A stretch of DNA of 64,000 nucleotides from Amoebophrya sp. A120. Taxonomy: Eukaryota; Protista; Dinoflagellata. The stretch is taken from assembly GCA_905178155.1 (NCBI GenBank), contig CAJINV010000006.1, positions 4,223,760 to 4,287,759 of the forward strand, written 5' to 3'. The notes beneath the pieces are model-generated. The model saw nothing but the letters and a program-made list of their open reading frames with translations. It ran no database searches and was not told the origin of the DNA. The position numbers and the translations under genes are program-made. Positions 61,201-64,000 of this stretch are shown one piece after another (position 1 is the stretch's first letter; each line of letters opens with the position of its first letter).

Positions 61201-64000
61201 GGTTCTAGCATCACAAGTTTTGAGAAGTAGCCTTTTGTTTCTCGATGTTTATTCTGCATGAGAGATTTTGGGTTATCGGGTAACCAAAAGTAAGTGGGCA
61301 TTCGCATTTTTGCTGGTCACGCAATACAGATGTTTGAGTCGAGCAGACCTAGCATAAGAAACCTTGGAGCGGTCTTGTGCAGACCCAGACGTATTTGCAT
61401 TGAATACACCGACATTTTCTACAACCTGTCCTCCAACTGGCTGGTGCAAATCGACACGCGTTCCGTCGTATCAAATGTAAAAATGTCTGGGTCTGGAAGA
61501 ATCCGAAATTTGTTATGCTGTTTTTGCATGACACAGAATGTCTGTCATGGAAGCCCAAGCATCACAGATTTTTAGAGGCCTTCCTGATGCCTAGTCCGCA
61601 TGACAAAGGCTCTCCACGCGTATGCGGCTGCGGATGCGGCCGGGTGGTAGTTAGGAAGTGGAGCAAGTATCCACCTAGGGGTATTGGCAGAGGCTAAATC
61701 TGTTCTAACGCCCAGGTATTGGCAGAGGCTAAATCTGTTCTAACGCCCACCCGCCAGGAGTAAAATGGTTACTACTACTACTACTACGCGTAGCACAAAC
61801 CGGACTCCTCCTGCTGGTCATGCAATACAGAATTTTTTAGAGTCCAAAGTTAGCATCACAAGTTCCAACCTTCCAGACCCAGACATTTTTACAATTCATA
61901 CGTCGGCGTGACTCTGCCAAAAATCCTCTACGACCGCGTGCTAGCGCAGTTGGATTTGGCGAACGTGTTTGATTGCACGTCGACCACAGGTGAAAGCAGC
62001 ACTCTAAAAATATCTGGAGCACATATTAAGCCAATTTTCCCCTGCCGGATACGCGACGGTGTGACGGCGCAGACGGGGTACCGGGAAAATTTGAAGCAAA
62101 ATCTCCCGATTTTGTCTTTCGCGCTGGAGGATTTGGGCGAGGAGAGTTTTTATCAAATGCAAAAATGTCTGGGTCTGGAAGAATGCGAGTTTGTCATGCT
62201 TGTCTGGCGTGACTCGACAATCTGTGTTGTATAGGGACGAAAAGGCCCCCTTACCTGTCATGCAAAAACGCAGTTTGCCATGCGGAATACGTAAGACATG
62301 GCAGCCAACAAATTTGTCATGCATAGGTGCGCATCTTTGCAGTGCGTTTATCATTCACTTTTAGCATTAGACCCAGACATATTTGCAATCCATAGTTTTC
62401 TCACCTCAACACCAGCCTCGGAGCAGCTGCAGCCGTCTTCTTCTGACGACGGAAGAAATATCGTCGGAGATGAAGTTGAGGTGGATCAACATCACCATGA
62501 TGGCCATAATCAACATCTGCTAGATGAATATTACCAAACCCCCGCAACTAGAGGTACATCAGCTGCAACTTCTTCTACCCGATTGCAACTCCCGCTGGCT
62601 CATTTGGTGCTCTGTGACGAAAGCAGTGCTAAAAGTGGAAGCGCTTCTCCTGCTCGTGCTATCTCTTGCTACCTCGCGCTCAGCTGCGCGGGTGGTTGTG
62701 AAAGAAATAATGGGGATCATCTTGTTCACAGCGGAATAAATGACGGCTCTAGAAGAAGAAGTAATGGAGGTGACAGCAGCAGCGGTGCAGAAGCAGATAC
62801 GCTCCAGGACAATGACAACGATGGGATTCCGCAGACCGGGTCTTTTCTCTCCGACGACGGCTCTGTATCAATTGCAAATGATATGTCTGGGTCTAGAAAG
62901 CTGTGATGCTGTATTGCGCATGACTGCAACGCTTGCAGTTGCAGCCAAGCATGACAAACTTTCGGGCCGCTTTCTGCTGCCCGACGCGCATATACGAGTT
63001 GCGTTATTTTGCGTAACAAGGGAAGGAGCTGCTCACTTGCTGCTCATGCAACACAGGTTTCCCAGGAATGCAAGACACGCATTACAAGTTCCACCTTTAT
63101 TGCAGACCCAGACGTATTTGCAACGCACACTTCGACGACAGCATCGATTTGTCGGCGCAGCACATCTCCTTCGGCAGTCTCGCGGTGTCCGCATTTGAGA
63201 AGCTGGTTTTCAAGCAGAACTATCGAAAAGAAAAATCCCCCCTCCCCATATCAAAACGAAATTTCTGATGCTGGATTTGTGTACACAAATCCGAGCTGTC
63301 TTGCTGGAGAGCACTGCAGGCCCATACCAAGTGCGAGTAGAAGCGTTTTGGCTTAAGCACTTGACATGAAAAACGTCCGCGCTGTAGGCCCAACAGCATG
63401 ACAAACCGTCTGCACAGTGCGGCGGTTGTCTCCGCAGTTGCGTTCTTATGCAAGACAGACACGATTTGTGATCACAAATCAGCATCACAAATTTCCAAAA
63501 ATATACCTTTTCAGTATGGGAAGGGCGGATTTTTCCTTTCAATAAGAACCGGGTAGGGTTTATGCTCCTTACTCGACAAGACGAAGGAACTACATCGAGT
63601 TTCAACGACGAGAACGCGAAGACCAGTCAGTGGGGGCACACACGACCAGGCGCTGTAGTTTCAGTGGCCGAGGAGCACCACCAGGATCTTCCACGTGGTA
63701 CCAGTGGTAGTTCTCCAACCGCGTCTACCGTCGGTATTACCCCCTCATTCGACTTGCAGCAGGAGCAGCAGCCAACAGAAGGACCAAGAACTTTTCACAT
63801 CCCCATCGCGGCGACGCCTTTCGCCGATCCTCGTGGGGAACAGTCACGACCAAAAATGGCAGTCACTCGTCGTCCGTGGCAAGAACAGGTTCAAGGCACA
63901 GGGCAACCTCCTGCTCCTGCTAGTGCTCCGACTTCCACAGGCGGTATGCAAGAAAATAACCGTGTAAAAAGTGTAAGTATAGTGTATCATGATGCAGAAA
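58273..64000 (+). CDS. Secreted or membrane pepsin-like (peptidase A1 fold) protein with degenerate catalytic motifs; runs off the window
   Basis: Hydrophobic leader, VQVTVGTNQNLSLVLDSLSPS (lobe 1), AGFFGLA, WLVQIDTRSVGVTLPKILY (lobe 2), LPILSF. Introners at 58478-58740, 58929-59249, about 59465-59590, 59649-59982, 60143-60355, 60434-60685, 61100-61406, 61469-61900, 62151-62394, 62866-63129, 63221-63544 and 63945 onward. Confidence 0.6.
61623..61785 (+). mobile_element. Short retroposon-like fragment with (ACT)n tail nested in a family A introner
   Basis: 7-bp TSD ACGCGTA (61616-61622, 61786-61792) and an internal 35-bp tandem duplication. It is absent from the sibling element at 56499-56760. 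Confidence 0.75.

Noticed and set aside
1226-64000. Many short ORFs sharing peptides such as SNANMSGSG, FQTQTFLHLI, KNPPSPY and YGEGGFF as a protein repeat family
   Set aside because: These are translations of introner TIRs in various frames, not proteins.

Overview
Eukaryotic (alveolate-like) genomic DNA. About eight multi-exon genes are split by roughly 70 short non-canonical insertions of 140-350 bp. Each insertion starts TAT, ends ATA, carries family-specific terminal inverted repeats and is flanked by a 5-bp direct repeat. Removing the element plus one repeat copy restores the reading frame. This matches the inverted-repeat 'introner' architecture described for the parasitic dinoflagellate Amoebophrya; the organism assignment is my inference. 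Reconstructed genes: a very long PMS2/MutL homologue (20 introners), a 2-aminoethylphosphonate transaminase (PhnW-like), AIP1/WDR1, an RWDD3-like protein, a pepsin-fold protein with degenerate DTG motifs, and several unknown proteins. A young, intact Ty1/copia LTR retrotransposon sits inside one introner. It has two odd features: gag and pol are in the same frame separated by a single UGA, and its primer-binding site is complementary to its own LTR rather than to a tRNA (candidate self-priming). Other introners carry nested retroposon-like fragments. All introner families share a repeated GCAT(G/C/T)ACAA word, and related elements occur in both orientations relative to host genes. All coordinates were read by hand.
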